In this document: piece by piece, positions 1 through 9,706 of the stretch | How positions within the stretch are numbered: position 1 is the first letter of the stretch | Layout of the letters: every line of letters begins with the position of its first letter | Source: a virus | Lineage: Duplodnaviria > Caudoviricetes | Length of the DNA: 51,124 nucleotides | Reading direction: 5' to 3' (one strand) | IMG/VR virus record: IMGVR_UViG_3300044703_000055 | Coordinates: 1 to 51,124 of that record | Program-made: the position numbers and the translations under genes | Notes under the pieces: model-generated | Seen by the model: the letters and a program-made list of their open reading frames with translations, nothing else | What the model was told of the DNA's origin: nothing | The model's database searches: none

Positions 1-954
1 GGTAGGATTGCGGATGGATTCGGTCGAGAACTGCGCCAGGGACGGGTGAATAGAGCGAACGCGATCGCGGTTTTCATGCATAGCTTTCAGGAATTTGTAG
101 ACGGTCTCATCGGGAACATGCGCGCCGGCCAGCATGGCGGTCCAGAGCGTCAGGGTCGTCTCTTCCTGTGTAACGAATGGATAGGCGCCCTTCGGCACCG
201 TATACGTGTCGTACCCCCAGCGGTCGCCCGCCATCTTCATCTTGGCCGGATCCGATGATATCCACACCAGCGGTCGCCCGCGAGCGACGTCTGCGACTTC
301 CGCCGTCGGCACGAAATTACCGTTGATGTAAACGTCGATTTTGCCGTCGCGCAGCGCGTCCATTCCGCCTGCCGAATTGCTGCGGAAAACGCTGCCGCCC
401 TTGATTACATCCGCTTCCTTGATGCCGTGCGCATCGAAGATCGCGACATACATGCTCAGCGTCGACTGCAAATTGGCCGGTTGATTTACCGCGAGACGCA
501 TTGGCGGCTTCTTGGCCGCGATATCGGAAAACGATCTGATGCCATGGCGATCCGCCCATTCCTTGGTCATCATGTTATGCACGACCAAGTGGTTGTGAAT
601 CAGCATCACGAAATTGAACTTCCCCTTCAGGGATTCGGTGAACGGTGCTTTCCCCTCCAGTGCATGGGCGATTTCAGGAGCGCCTCCGGTGAACGTGAAG
701 TCCGACTGCCCCTTGGCAATGTTCAGAACGCCGCCGGCGGGACTGCCCGGTTTATAAGTCGCGGCGGAGCCGGCATACGTTTCCCGCATGATCCCGTTGA
801 TGGCTTCCGCCACAACTTTGAAATAGCCTTGCGCCGTGGCGCCATCGACCGTGTAGTTGATCGGGCCTTTGTCGTTGAAATCCGCTCGCGACGCGGATGA
901 AGAAAAAGCGGCAGCGATCGCCAACAGTGCGGACGCAAATCGGCCGAGGCTCAT
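1..954 (-). CDS. TAXI-family TRAP transporter solute-binding subunit (host; runs off window start)
   Basis: Manually translated open frame from ATG at 954: MSLGRFASALLAIAAAFSSSASRA (signal peptide), ...DALRDGKIDVYING...VPDETVYKFLKAMHEN...IHPSL, typical of TAXI receptors; GGAAGGA upstream; absent from ORF track because no stop in window. Confidence 0.8.
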   Translation of the reverse strand, partial: MSLGRFASALLAIAAAFSSSASRADFNDKGPINYTVDGATAQGYFKVVAEAINGIMRETYAGSAATYKPGSPAGGVLNIAKGQSDFTFTGGAPEIAHALEGKAPFTESLKGKFNFVMLIHNHLVVHNMMTKEWADRHGIRSFSDIAAKKPPMRLAVNQPANLQSTLSMYVAIFDAHGIKEADVIKGGSVFRSNSAGGMDALRDGKIDVYINGNFVPTAEVADVARGRPLVWISSDPAKMKMAGDRWGYDTYTVPKGAYPFVTQEETTLTLWTAMLAGAHVPDETVYKFLKAMHENRDRVRSIHPSLAQFSTESIRNPT

Positions 955-1080
955 CCTGGTGTTCCTTCCCTTTGGCGATCATCTGTCGGATCGCTTTAGG
1001 GGGCACTGTAGAATGGACCTCGGCAGAACGAAACGGGTCGTCCGAACATTTGTATGACGAGCACCCGTCGGCGCTGGCCC

Positions 1081-1782
1081 TCAGCGAGGAGCGCCGATTT
1101 TTCCGTCGGCGACCGCGACGTAATACTCCCACGCACGCACCGGCTCGTGCACACGATCGTCACCGTGGCGGCGCGCGGCGCCTTCCGCGGAATAGGATTT
1201 CGGCTTGAACCCGGCGCCTTGAGCAAGCAGTTGCGCCTGCGCCATCTCCTCCAGAAACAGCGCCTGCACGCAGGCATGCGGCACCGACTGCCCCACCGCC
1301 AGCATGCCGTTCGACTGCAGGATCACGGCCTCCGAATCTCCCAGAGCGTCGGCGACGCCCTCCCCCATCTCGCGGCTGGCAACCAGAAACGGCTCCGGAA
1401 AGACTCGCACTTCGGCGCCGAGATTAGCTCCGAATCCATGCGCGGCCCGCAGCGGCTCGGCGGCGCAGGCATAGGCGGCGACATGGCGAGGGTGCCCGCG
1501 CGCGATCGCCATCACGTCGGCGCGGCGGCGATAGACCGCGAGATGCATCGCGACTTCGAGCGGCGGCCTGCCGCCGCCTGCGGTTTGCTGCCCGTCCAGA
1601 TCGAGCTCGACCAACTCGTTCTCGCTCACCAGCCCCAATGCGCGCCGCGGCGTCATCAGAATCTTGTCGCCCGGGAGCCGCGCGCTGATATGTCCGAACC
1701 CCTCGACGATGCGAAAGTAATGCAACACGCGGCAGCCGGCGAGTACTTCGGCGCGCAACTCTGCCGTTGACGTGAAATCCAT
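1081..1782 (-). CDS. Class II aldolase/adducin family protein (host)
   Basis: GFGHISAR, PPLEVAMHLAVYRRRADV, AVILQSNGMLAVG motifs; start moved to ATG 1782 (MDFTST) behind AAGGAGGAGG. Confidence 0.88.
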   Translation of the reverse strand: MDFTSTAELRAEVLAGCRVLHYFRIVEGFGHISARLPGDKILMTPRRALGLVSENELVELDLDGQQTAGGGRPPLEVAMHLAVYRRRADVMAIARGHPRHVAAYACAAEPLRAAHGFGANLGAEVRVFPEPFLVASREMGEGVADALGDSEAVILQSNGMLAVGQSVPHACVQALFLEEMAQAQLLAQGAGFKPKSYSAEGAARRHGDDRVHEPVRAWEYYVAVADGKIGAPR

Positions 1783-1984
1783 CCCCTCCTCCTTTTGTGA
1801 TGAGAATGCCGGCACGATCAGTACCATCGCCGCGCTGGCAGGCGGTTTCCAAGACTTTATCGAAGACAAGGAAATAGGTCGCGCACTTTGTGCCGCGATC
1901 GGTGGCTAACCCGGGCGCTCGTCGGCGTCCTGGAGGGAATCAGAGAATGGTGCGCGCACTCTACTTTCCGGCTACATCCTGCCG

Positions 1985-2037
<53 letters not shown>

Positions 2038-2169
2038 GATTTTTGACGCAGAACATCTCATCATACCCCGCCACTTTTCGCACGTAAGTCATTTGATTCG
2101 CTTGCTTTTACCCGCTCGCGCTACTACAGCCCATATCGCCGCACCACTCATACATCGAGTACCTAGACC

Positions 2170-3357
2170 GTGCCTAGAATACCTTTTTCGGATGCCGGAC
2201 TCAGAAGCTTAAAACCGCCCCCCACCGGTCAGCTTGATTATTGGGATAGCAAGCTACCCGCGTTCGGTTGCCGCGTCTCGCAGGGAGGCGCTAAGACGTT
2301 CGTACTCAAACGGCAGAATACCCGCATTACCCTCGGTAGGTATGGCATTCTGAGCCTCTCGGAAGCCCGTTCAGAAGCGCGCCGGATGCTTGCCGAGTTC
2401 ACCCTTGGCAAAGTCAGACCCCAATCCATTACCTACCCCGAAGCCGTCCGGCTGTTCATCGAGGATAAGAAGCGCAACCGCCGCCTTTCGACCGCTGAAC
2501 AGTACGAATGGTTCCTCGGTCGCCTTAAGTTCGGGCAGCTTGCCGACATCCGGCCGGATGACCTTTCGCGGCAGCTCGCCAAGGTAAAGTCCCGCAGCAC
2601 CTATGATCACGTTTTGGTTGCGGCACGGATCTTCTTCAATTGGTGCATGAAGCGGCAGTACACCAGCCAAAACCCCACCTTTGGCCTGTCCCCCCATGGG
2701 ACGGAGAAGCGCGCTCGCGTACTTTCCGATCAGGAGTTACAATGTATTTGGCGAGCTTGTGAGGGTGTAACGGTACAAACGCCTAATCCGACGCTGGAAA
2801 GCGCTCAAGAGAATATCGGAAGATTGCCCGCACACTTCGCCACAATCGTTAAACTTTTAATACTTACAGGTGCTCGCAGGGGAGAGATCGCGGCACTCCA
2901 AAATTCATGGATAGACTTTCAAAACTCATCGCTTACGTTTCCCGCGTCTATTACAAAGAATGGGCGCGAACACACTATTCCACTGCCTGCAACATTTGCG
3001 CAGCTCGTCACCCCGACAGACCTGACTACATCCCCCGCGCTCATTTTCCCAGCACGGGGCAAGGCGAATACGCCCTTCAATGGTTGGTCAAAGAGCAAAG
3101 CCGCCCTCGATAAACTTTCCGGCGTCACCGGCTGGACTTTGCACGATCTCCGCAGAACGTACCGCAGCACCCTTGGCCGCTTAGGGGTTCGATCTGATAT
3201 TGCAGAACGGTTGGTCAATCACATATCCGCCCGCTCGGAGATGGAAATCACCTATGACCGGTACACCTACATGCCCGAAATGCGCGAGGCGGTAGCAAAG
3301 TACGAAGCTCATCTTTCACGCCTGTTCGGCGCGCCCCAAAAATCTTTGGCTGCGTGA
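2170..3357 (+). CDS. int: Tyrosine integrase with N-terminal arm-binding domain
   Basis: YWDSKLPAFGCRVSQGGAKTF arm domain; catalytic TGARRGE, TKN, HDLRRT, VNH, TYDRY; next to att. Confidence 0.95.
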   Translation: MPRIPFSDAGLRSLKPPPTGQLDYWDSKLPAFGCRVSQGGAKTFVLKRQNTRITLGRYGILSLSEARSEARRMLAEFTLGKVRPQSITYPEAVRLFIEDKKRNRRLSTAEQYEWFLGRLKFGQLADIRPDDLSRQLAKVKSRSTYDHVLVAARIFFNWCMKRQYTSQNPTFGLSPHGTEKRARVLSDQELQCIWRACEGVTVQTPNPTLESAQENIGRLPAHFATIVKLLILTGARRGEIAALQNSWIDFQNSSLTFPASITKNGREHTIPLPATFAQLVTPTDLTTSPALIFPARGKANTPFNGWSKSKAALDKLSGVTGWTLHDLRRTYRSTLGRLGVRSDIAERLVNHISARSEMEITYDRYTYMPEMREAVAKYEAHLSRLFGAPQKSLAA

Positions 3358-3461
3358 GGTTTGTGCTGTTGCGCCGTCACAACCCTAACGTTATCCTCTC
3401 GTTTGCCCGCTGGCATTAACCCAGACTGGCACCGGTGACCAGCTCTGCAAGGAGCTAACCG

Positions 3462-3680
3462 ATGACAGTCGAGAAATTGCTAGTGACGAGGAACGAGTGC
3501 CGACAGATGGGGCTCAAATACTCTTCGATGCAGTTTTTGCGATGGGAGAAGATGGAACTGCTGACTCCAATAAAGCCAGCGGGCCGCTATTCCCGCGTAC
3601 ACTACCGTATCGAGCAGGTGAAAGCCCTCATTGAGGCGCGAGCCTCGCAGGTGAAGCCGACCGCAAGGAAAGCTGCTTAA
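3462..3680 (+). CDS. Excisionase/AlpA-like winged-helix protein
   Basis: 72 aa basic protein, SSMQFLRWEK...RVHYRIEQVKALI; AAGGAG SD; follows integrase. Confidence 0.65.
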   Translation: MTVEKLLVTRNECRQMGLKYSSMQFLRWEKMELLTPIKPAGRYSRVHYRIEQVKALIEARASQVKPTARKAA

Positions 3681-3689
3681 AGGGCACAG

Positions 3690-3720
3690 AGGGGCCGCCG
3701 GGTGCACACCGGCGGCCCCT
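3690..3720 (+). terminator. Strong hairpin after excisionase
   Basis: AGGGGCCGCCGG / CCGGCGGCCCCT 12-bp stem; weak U-tract. Confidence 0.55.
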
Positions 3721-3736
3721 TCACCGGGGGGGTCGC

Positions 3737-4909
3737 TTGGTCTCGTTCCAAGAATTCATCTCAGATTATCCATCATTCTTTGCTGAATGGCAGGTAGCCA
3801 ATCGCCACAAGATCTATTTCTTCCTCGTTTGCGACGCGCTTATCTTTGTTGGCTTTCTTACCGCATTCGCAATTAGGCGAAATCACGACACACCGACAAA
3901 ACGCATAAAGACGATCATAGAAAATTTTTTCGGACTCGTTGTCGTTATGCCCGCCATCTGCATTTTCTTGGAGTCATTTCGCGGCTGGATTGCTCCAACT
4001 TACCCGCAACTATCTTTCTACATCCTATTCGCTCCCTTCGTGATATTTCTCATTGCTCTGGTGATATATTTCGCCGTCATGTTTTATAAGAACCAAAAGA
4101 TTAGATTATCCGGCCCGTGGAACGGCGTTTCTCGCAATCATTTCTCGGTCTCTCGAAAACCTCCACCGCCATCTAGACAGTCCACGCAACCCCAGGCGCA
4201 AACGATGACAAATGCACCGCAACACACCGAGGCTCGAACTCCGCAAACGGGCATGAAGCCAATTCGCGACCCTACTGACCTGAAGCCGCTTTCCGATACG
4301 CTATTTGAGTTTGGTGGTAGTTATATTGTTCTCAGCATTCTAGTCGGTCTTTGCATCATCAACGTGATCGGAATCGCTCTTGATCCCTTTATGCACACCA
4401 TTCTTGCGGCCCTATTTGGCGTCGGCGCTTTCATATATTGGAACTGGCATCAACGTCCGCGCACGATCGTTAGCGCCACCAAACCGCCCGACACCGCACC
4501 GATCGCGAAACCAGTAAGCGGGAATATGCGAGTTGATTTCCAACGCCGAGAAGTTGTTCGCAAACAAAAGACCGGCGGGCTTTCCTCCGTGACCTACAAC
4601 ACCTTTGAGCTAATCATCCAGGTTCAGTTCAGCGAAACCGCTCTGAAGATAATCCATCACGCTAATTTAATGCCATATACCCTATCAAAATATGCAGCCA
4701 GCATGTTCGATTTCACATTGGAACACAAGTACGATCCGCCTATCGTTGTCGCGGACCTTGTCGGCAAACCGCTCGTTATCATTCGCGACTCTCTGCCGGA
4801 ACTTAACACCATGGAAAGCCAATTGCGGGAAGCGCTAAAGACTTTGAACGAGGCGATTAAAACGGCCGGTGAGACACAGACAACCGCTCGGGAGACGTTT
4901 GAGCTATGA
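3737..4909 (+). CDS. Multi-pass membrane protein coupled to the coupling ATPase
   Basis: About five hydrophobic segments plus soluble C-terminal domain; ATGA overlap with 4906; start uncertain (TTG). Confidence 0.65.
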   Translation: MVSFQEFISDYPSFFAEWQVANRHKIYFFLVCDALIFVGFLTAFAIRRNHDTPTKRIKTIIENFFGLVVVMPAICIFLESFRGWIAPTYPQLSFYILFAPFVIFLIALVIYFAVMFYKNQKIRLSGPWNGVSRNHFSVSRKPPPPSRQSTQPQAQTMTNAPQHTEARTPQTGMKPIRDPTDLKPLSDTLFEFGGSYIVLSILVGLCIINVIGIALDPFMHTILAALFGVGAFIYWNWHQRPRTIVSATKPPDTAPIAKPVSGNMRVDFQRREVVRKQKTGGLSSVTYNTFELIIQVQFSETALKIIHHANLMPYTLSKYAASMFDFTLEHKYDPPIVVADLVGKPLVIIRDSLPELNTMESQLREALKTLNEAIKTAGETQTTARETFEL

Positions 4910-7047
4910 GCAGGCTGCCCACATTGTGGGACGCTGTTATCGACGAAATGCCCAGGAGCCGGCACAGCCGCACCTGGACAGGATTCGCCGGGGCTGTCGG
5001 GGGACTTGTTGTACTCTCACCGTTTTTGGCCGCGAGTGCTGTAGCGCGAGAACTGCTGGCTCCAAATCCCAACGATACGGACATCAACCGCCAACTCAGG
5101 ACGTTGAGCGGAGATAGCGAAGGCCTCCACCGGATAGCGCAACAGATTGCCTCAACGATTTCCTACCCGTCTCCCGAAGAATTTCTACGTCTGGTGCTCA
5201 GCGCATGCATCGACCGACTGATTGCGGAGAACTGTTCGCCACCGCCCACGTCCGTATTCGATGCCTTCTCAGACATAGTAATCGGATTGTACGACTTACC
5301 TGAACTAGCCGTTCCTCCACCACGGCCCCCTGATATTCTTCTCCACACGATTGATGGCGCACGCTGGCGTGATGCAACACGTGTCTATATCTCCCACTTC
5401 TCCAATCCCCACCTTCTGCTAACACTTACGGCCGCCGCGTTCCTGGAAAGCCTCTATGAATTCATCCGAGCACTTCCTCCGTCGATACTTATTTCATGGG
5501 ATGAATTTGCTGAAGAATGGGACGACCTGCCGCCCACTTCATTTCGGGTCCCATTGACTGATGTAACCGGTCATCCCGGTTCACTAATCACGACAATCCT
5601 TCTACCTTTCTATTCCCCTGGCGTTGTAGACAATGACTTGTTCGTGCGGCTCCGCGCGCACATGAATGAACGCGTAGACCAAATCGGCTATATGCCTGAA
5701 AACTATCGCGGCAGCCCCGCGGAGGTGCTCGATACTTATGTAGCCCGAACCCCATTTGAGCGGGTTTTTTCGGCGGAAGTACCCCTGCAACTGCCGCAAG
5801 AACAGCGCTTCGCAGGTCACTGGATCATCGCCCCCGCCGGTCGTGGCAAGACTACCCTTCTGCATAAGATGTTCCTGGACGATCTCAAGCGAGAAGCTTC
5901 TATCGTCATTATCGATTCTAAAGGAGAGCTGATCGAGCCGATAAAGAACTTGCGAGCCATATCTGACCGCCTCGTATTGGTTGAACCGGACGAGCATTTT
6001 CCCTTGGCTCTCAATCCCCTAGACATTCCCAATGCCGGGGTGATGCAGACGATCGCGCTCATCGAGTACGTAATGTCTGCGCTTTTGGAAGCTAAGTTCA
6101 CGCCACTTCAATCGGCGCTCTTCAGAAACGTCATTCCGGCGATAGTCGAGGCAATTCCCAACGCAACACTCGACACCTTCAAAGCGGTGATCACGAGCGG
6201 CTTTGAGCCATTCCAGGAGCACTTCTCACGCCTTAGTGCGCGGACCCAAGCGTTCTTTCTCGACAAGCAAAATGGGTTCGCGTCGAAAACGTATGCCGAA
6301 ACGCGCAACCAGATCATCTGGCGGCTCGACTATTTAATGACGAACCCTGTCATGCGAGCAATGTTCGCCGCCGCGAAGACGAAGCTCGATCTGGGAAAGG
6401 AGATGGATGCTGGCAAAATTATAATTATCAATAACTCAAAGGCGCTCCTCACAGACGAAGGCGCGGAATTCTTCGGGCGGTTCTTCATTGCTCTTATCCT
6501 TGCCGCCGCCCAGCAGCGCGCCTCCCGAAGACCCGCCGATAAGCTGCCGTGCTACGTTTATATAGACGAGTGCCACAATGTGATCGCCCGCGATCTGAAA
6601 ATCCCAACCATCCTTGATGAGTGTCGATCGCAAAAAATCGCCCTGATCATGGCCCATCAGCGGACCGCGCAATTAACCGCCCCCGTGCTCGATGCCGTCG
6701 CTAACTGTGCTATCCGTATGGCGAATAGTGACGATGAGGCGAAATATCTCGCAGATAAGCTTCGCACGAGCACCGAGGCCATCCGCGTTTTGCCGCGGGG
6801 CACCTTCGCGACGTTTGTGCGCGATCTGACGCCAACCGCGCTTGCCCTTAAGATTCCGCGCGTAGATCTGACCGCCCTGCCGCAGATATCGGCCCAGCAA
6901 CGCTCTGTGATACATGAACGTATGCGCCAAGAATTCGGTTATTCGCCTGTGAACCTACCTCTGACCACGAGTTCTGCGGTCTCTCATGATATCGAACATC
7001 CGACTGAGCCTGCGCGAACATTCGGGCCGAAGTCGTGGGGAGCATGA
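4906..7047 (+). CDS. VirD4/TraD-like type IV coupling ATPase (FtsK/HerA superfamily)
   Basis: Walker A APAGRGKT, IIDSKGE, LNPL, Walker B YVYIDEC, then LIMAHQ; N-terminal hydrophobic segment. Confidence 0.85.
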   Translation: MSRLPTLWDAVIDEMPRSRHSRTWTGFAGAVGGLVVLSPFLAASAVARELLAPNPNDTDINRQLRTLSGDSEGLHRIAQQIASTISYPSPEEFLRLVLSACIDRLIAENCSPPPTSVFDAFSDIVIGLYDLPELAVPPPRPPDILLHTIDGARWRDATRVYISHFSNPHLLLTLTAAAFLESLYEFIRALPPSILISWDEFAEEWDDLPPTSFRVPLTDVTGHPGSLITTILLPFYSPGVVDNDLFVRLRAHMNERVDQIGYMPENYRGSPAEVLDTYVARTPFERVFSAEVPLQLPQEQRFAGHWIIAPAGRGKTTLLHKMFLDDLKREASIVIIDSKGELIEPIKNLRAISDRLVLVEPDEHFPLALNPLDIPNAGVMQTIALIEYVMSALLEAKFTPLQSALFRNVIPAIVEAIPNATLDTFKAVITSGFEPFQEHFSRLSARTQAFFLDKQNGFASKTYAETRNQIIWRLDYLMTNPVMRAMFAAAKTKLDLGKEMDAGKIIIINNSKALLTDEGAEFFGRFFIALILAAAQQRASRRPADKLPCYVYIDECHNVIARDLKIPTILDECRSQKIALIMAHQRTAQLTAPVLDAVANCAIRMANSDDEAKYLADKLRTSTEAIRVLPRGTFATFVRDLTPTALALKIPRVDLTALPQISAQQRSVIHERMRQEFGYSPVNLPLTTSSAVSHDIEHPTEPARTFGPKSWGA

Positions 7048-7057
7048 TAAACTTTTA

Positions 7058-7121
7058 GTGAGCTATCCACTTCCTATAACATAGCTCACCCGACGTTTTT
7101 CTGCCGGTTCGCTGAATCGGC
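7058..7121. repeat. Two inverted repeats between ATPase and relaxase (oriT candidate)
   Basis: GTGAGCTAT(7058-7066)/ATAGCTCAC(7081-7089) and GCCGGTTC(7103-7110)/GAATCGGC(7114-7121). Confidence 0.5.
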
Positions 7122-7133
7122 TACCTTTCACAT

Positions 7134-7958
7134 ATGGATTACACACCACGGTGGCAGCGCAATCTTCCAGCGAAGCGCAAATATCGCCTGACCTTCAACG
7201 AGGGCGATCTTGAAATCTGCAATCTGTTGTCGCCCACACGTGCGCCATGGGGCTATCAGTATTTGCCGTCCGGCTACTTTCCGGCGCTTTTAAACCGTCG
7301 CGAGGGGATGAAGGATCGGCTGGGTCCGCTTTCGCGCCCCCCGAATACGTACCTCAAAATCCCCGAACAGCCGCACAACAACTACCGTGACCTGATCTAT
7401 TCGCTCGATTCAAAAGGCGCGGACGAGCTGAGGGAGGCCGGGCACACCGTCCCGCGCCTGCACCTACGCAAGCTTCCGCACGAGCTTATGGCTTGCTGTA
7501 TCGGCGCTTCATTCGAGATCGGTGCCACCAAACACGAGCTGCCGATCACCATTCATACCGTATCGAACGACTTCTACCCCGACTGGCCGGTGTTCTCCCT
7601 TGCAGGCTCCCCGCCGATTTACATCGAAGCCGACCTTGCGACGGAAACGCTCGACACCCGCAAGGCTGACGCCACGAGCATTGCCGGGAAATTCGTCGAA
7701 TACATCAAGCTCCTGGAGAAAGAGGACATCATTGTCCTTTTCATAACGACCCGGGACACGCGCCGCGATTCGATGGCTGGGCTCCTCGGATCAACGCTTA
7801 AGCCGCACCAACGCGAGATGGCCCGCCATTTCGGGTTCATGTCCATTCAATACGACCGCTTCGTGAACACCATCCCAAAGCTGTCCGATTGGGCGGTCTC
7901 GAGCCGGTACCACCGCGCCATTTTCCCCCACCTGAACCTGCTTGAACGGAGGCTCTAG
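7134..7958 (+). CDS. Replic_Relax-type (MOBC-like, PD-(D/E)XK) relaxase/replication protein
   Basis: Winged-helix-like N-terminus ending IYSLDSKG, LPHELM, PDW, YIEADLATE, IAGKFVEY, VLFITT; downstream of coupling ATPase. Confidence 0.75.
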   Translation: MDYTPRWQRNLPAKRKYRLTFNEGDLEICNLLSPTRAPWGYQYLPSGYFPALLNRREGMKDRLGPLSRPPNTYLKIPEQPHNNYRDLIYSLDSKGADELREAGHTVPRLHLRKLPHELMACCIGASFEIGATKHELPITIHTVSNDFYPDWPVFSLAGSPPIYIEADLATETLDTRKADATSIAGKFVEYIKLLEKEDIIVLFITTRDTRRDSMAGLLGSTLKPHQREMARHFGFMSIQYDRFVNTIPKLSDWAVSSRYHRAIFPHLNLLERRL

Positions 7959-8119
7959 TGCTCGACAGCAAGCTCGCCCGGCTGAAGGAACTTATCAACG
8001 AAAAGGAGCGGATTGATCGAGAGCTGAGCGTCCTGCTCGGCGAGACGGAGAAGCCGAAGCGCGGGAGGCCAAAAAAAGAGGGCGGCAATGCGCCGCCCTC
8101 GTCGTCTACAGGAGCCTGA
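7958..8119 (+). CDS. 53-aa coiled-coil plus AT-hook protein
   Basis: Manual translation MLDSKLARLKELINEKERIDRELSVLLGETEKPKRGRPKKEGG...; GGAGG SD; overlaps relaxase stop. Confidence 0.65.
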   Translation: MLDSKLARLKELINEKERIDRELSVLLGETEKPKRGRPKKEGGNAPPSSSTGA

Positions 8120-8122
8120 AAG

Positions 8123-8383
8123 CTATTCGTCGTGGATCGGCTCGTCTTCCTCGACGAACGGCGGCACCAGGACCATCGCGCCGTTCCAGCCGCTAATGGG
8201 CAAGGTGTTGAGCTTCACGGTGAAGCCGGGTTCTCCGTTCTTTCGTGCGAATGCAACACCGACGGGGCTCCAGTCGCGCGCGCCAGGTCCCGTTTTCGCC
8301 CGAACATAGAACGCGATTTCCCGCCGCTCCGCAGTCTGCTGCCGCCGCGTGCGCGGATCGGCACGTTCAGTGATCGACATCAC
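8123..8383 (-). CDS. Small DUF736-like, putative ssDNA-binding protein
   Basis: WSPVGVAFARKNGEPGFTVKLNTLP motif, acidic C-tail, AAGGAG SD. Confidence 0.55.
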   Translation of the reverse strand: MMSITERADPRTRRQQTAERREIAFYVRAKTGPGARDWSPVGVAFARKNGEPGFTVKLNTLPISGWNGAMVLVPPFVEEDEPIHDE

Positions 8384-8519
8384 CAGCTCCTTCGTGAGGC
8401 ATGATTGCCGTCATTGATTATAACAGGGAATTATTTGCTGTAACCGTGAGCTGTGCTCGACAACGTGATTGTTTGTTTGGATGTACAATTGGCAGCAGGC
8501 GACTACAAAGGAGCTTGCC

Positions 8520-9310
8520 ATGTTCATCGACTTTCAGCAGTTAAAAGCCGAGCTGTCCATTGAGCGTGCCGTGCAATTGCTCGGGCTCACTCTGCCCAAG
8601 AAGAACGGCGACCAGCTCCGCGGCCCTGCCCTTTCTGTAAGGCCGGCGGCGAGCGAGCGTTGGCGGTCAATCTGAACAAAGGTGCGTTCTATTGCTTCTC
8701 GGCAGGCAAAGGCGGCGACGTTATCGCCCTAGCCGCGCACGTCCTCGGCTACACCGGCGACACTGCCCAGAGGCAAGCAGCGGAATTTCTCACCGGGAAC
8801 GGTTCACAATCCACCGTTCACCGTGAGACACGTCCCCCCAGCTCCGCCGAAGGTTCCGGTGGAAGCAGGCGTGGGCAGGGTTTCGATGCCGAGGCTTATG
8901 CCAAGCGTCTCGATCCTGCCCACGACAATCTCAAAGCCCTCGATGTTTCACCGGAAACGCTCACGGCTCTGAAGGCAGGGTACGCCTCGGCCGGCGTCAT
9001 GCGCGGCAGGCTCGCCCTCCCCCTGCATAAGGGACAGGAGATCGTCGGCTACTTCGGCCTGGCGATCGGGGACGCTCAGCCAACCTTGCTCTTTCCCACC
9101 AACCTCCAGCCTGCCGATTACATCTTCAACTCGGGGAATGTCGCAGGCGGAGAACTCATGCTGCTTCGCGATCCGCTTTCTGTAGTGCGGGCGCACGAAG
9201 CCGGGATCAATGCCGTCTGCTTCTTAACGGAAGGATTGACGGCGCTTCAGCTCGAAAGTCTTGCAGCCGTGATGAGCACGGCTGGCGCTGAGACAATCGA
9301 GATCACGTAA
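8520..9310 (+). pseudogene. CHC2 zinc-finger primase-like protein, frameshifted near 8624-8626
   Basis: MFIDFQQLKAE...QLRG then in the other frame CPFCKAGGERALAVNLNKGAFYCFSAGKGGDVI; adding one base in the C run restores one ORF; later GRLALPLH...IVGYFG primase-like segment. Confidence 0.75.
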
Positions 9311-9383
9311 CTGACGAAAGGAGGAGTCCAAAGCAACGAGAGAGGCCACGTTCGCCGCGTGGCCTCATTCTTTGGAGGAGCAC

Positions 9384-9557
9384 ATGTCAGACGAAATTTA
9401 TCGCGCTTACTTCAAATGTCCGCGCTGCAAAATGCGCTTCACCTTTGTCTGCAATCTCACGGAGTACATAGCAACCTGCCCTCGCTGCCATGAACGAAAT
9501 ATCTGGAACTACACCTACAAGCTCGTTTCATCGGTGGATTTAAGCCAGATTTACTGA
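9384..9557 (+). CDS. Small zinc-ribbon protein
   Basis: Two CPRC motifs; GGAGGAG SD. Confidence 0.6.
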   Translation: MSDEIYRAYFKCPRCKMRFTFVCNLTEYIATCPRCHERNIWNYTYKLVSSVDLSQIY

Positions 9558-9635
9558 GGTAGAATTAGTTACGGCATGTTCGCCCACTAAACTCATCAAG
9601 CCGCTGCAGCCAGCAATTCTGCCGCACCCAAACTT

Positions 9636-9661
9636 GCCTCGCTCACGCGGGGCTTTCTTTT
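9636..9661 (+). terminator. Rho-independent terminator
   Basis: GCCTCGC TCAC GCGGGGC followed by TTTCTTTT. Confidence 0.6.
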
Positions 9662-9706
9662 GTCATGAGACAATTACGAGCGGGCTCTTTCACAAGGAGA
9701 ACGCTC

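Noticed and set aside
46-1852. Alternative ORFs such as 427-900 and 1054-1770
   Set aside because: Shadow frames of the TAXI and aldolase genes
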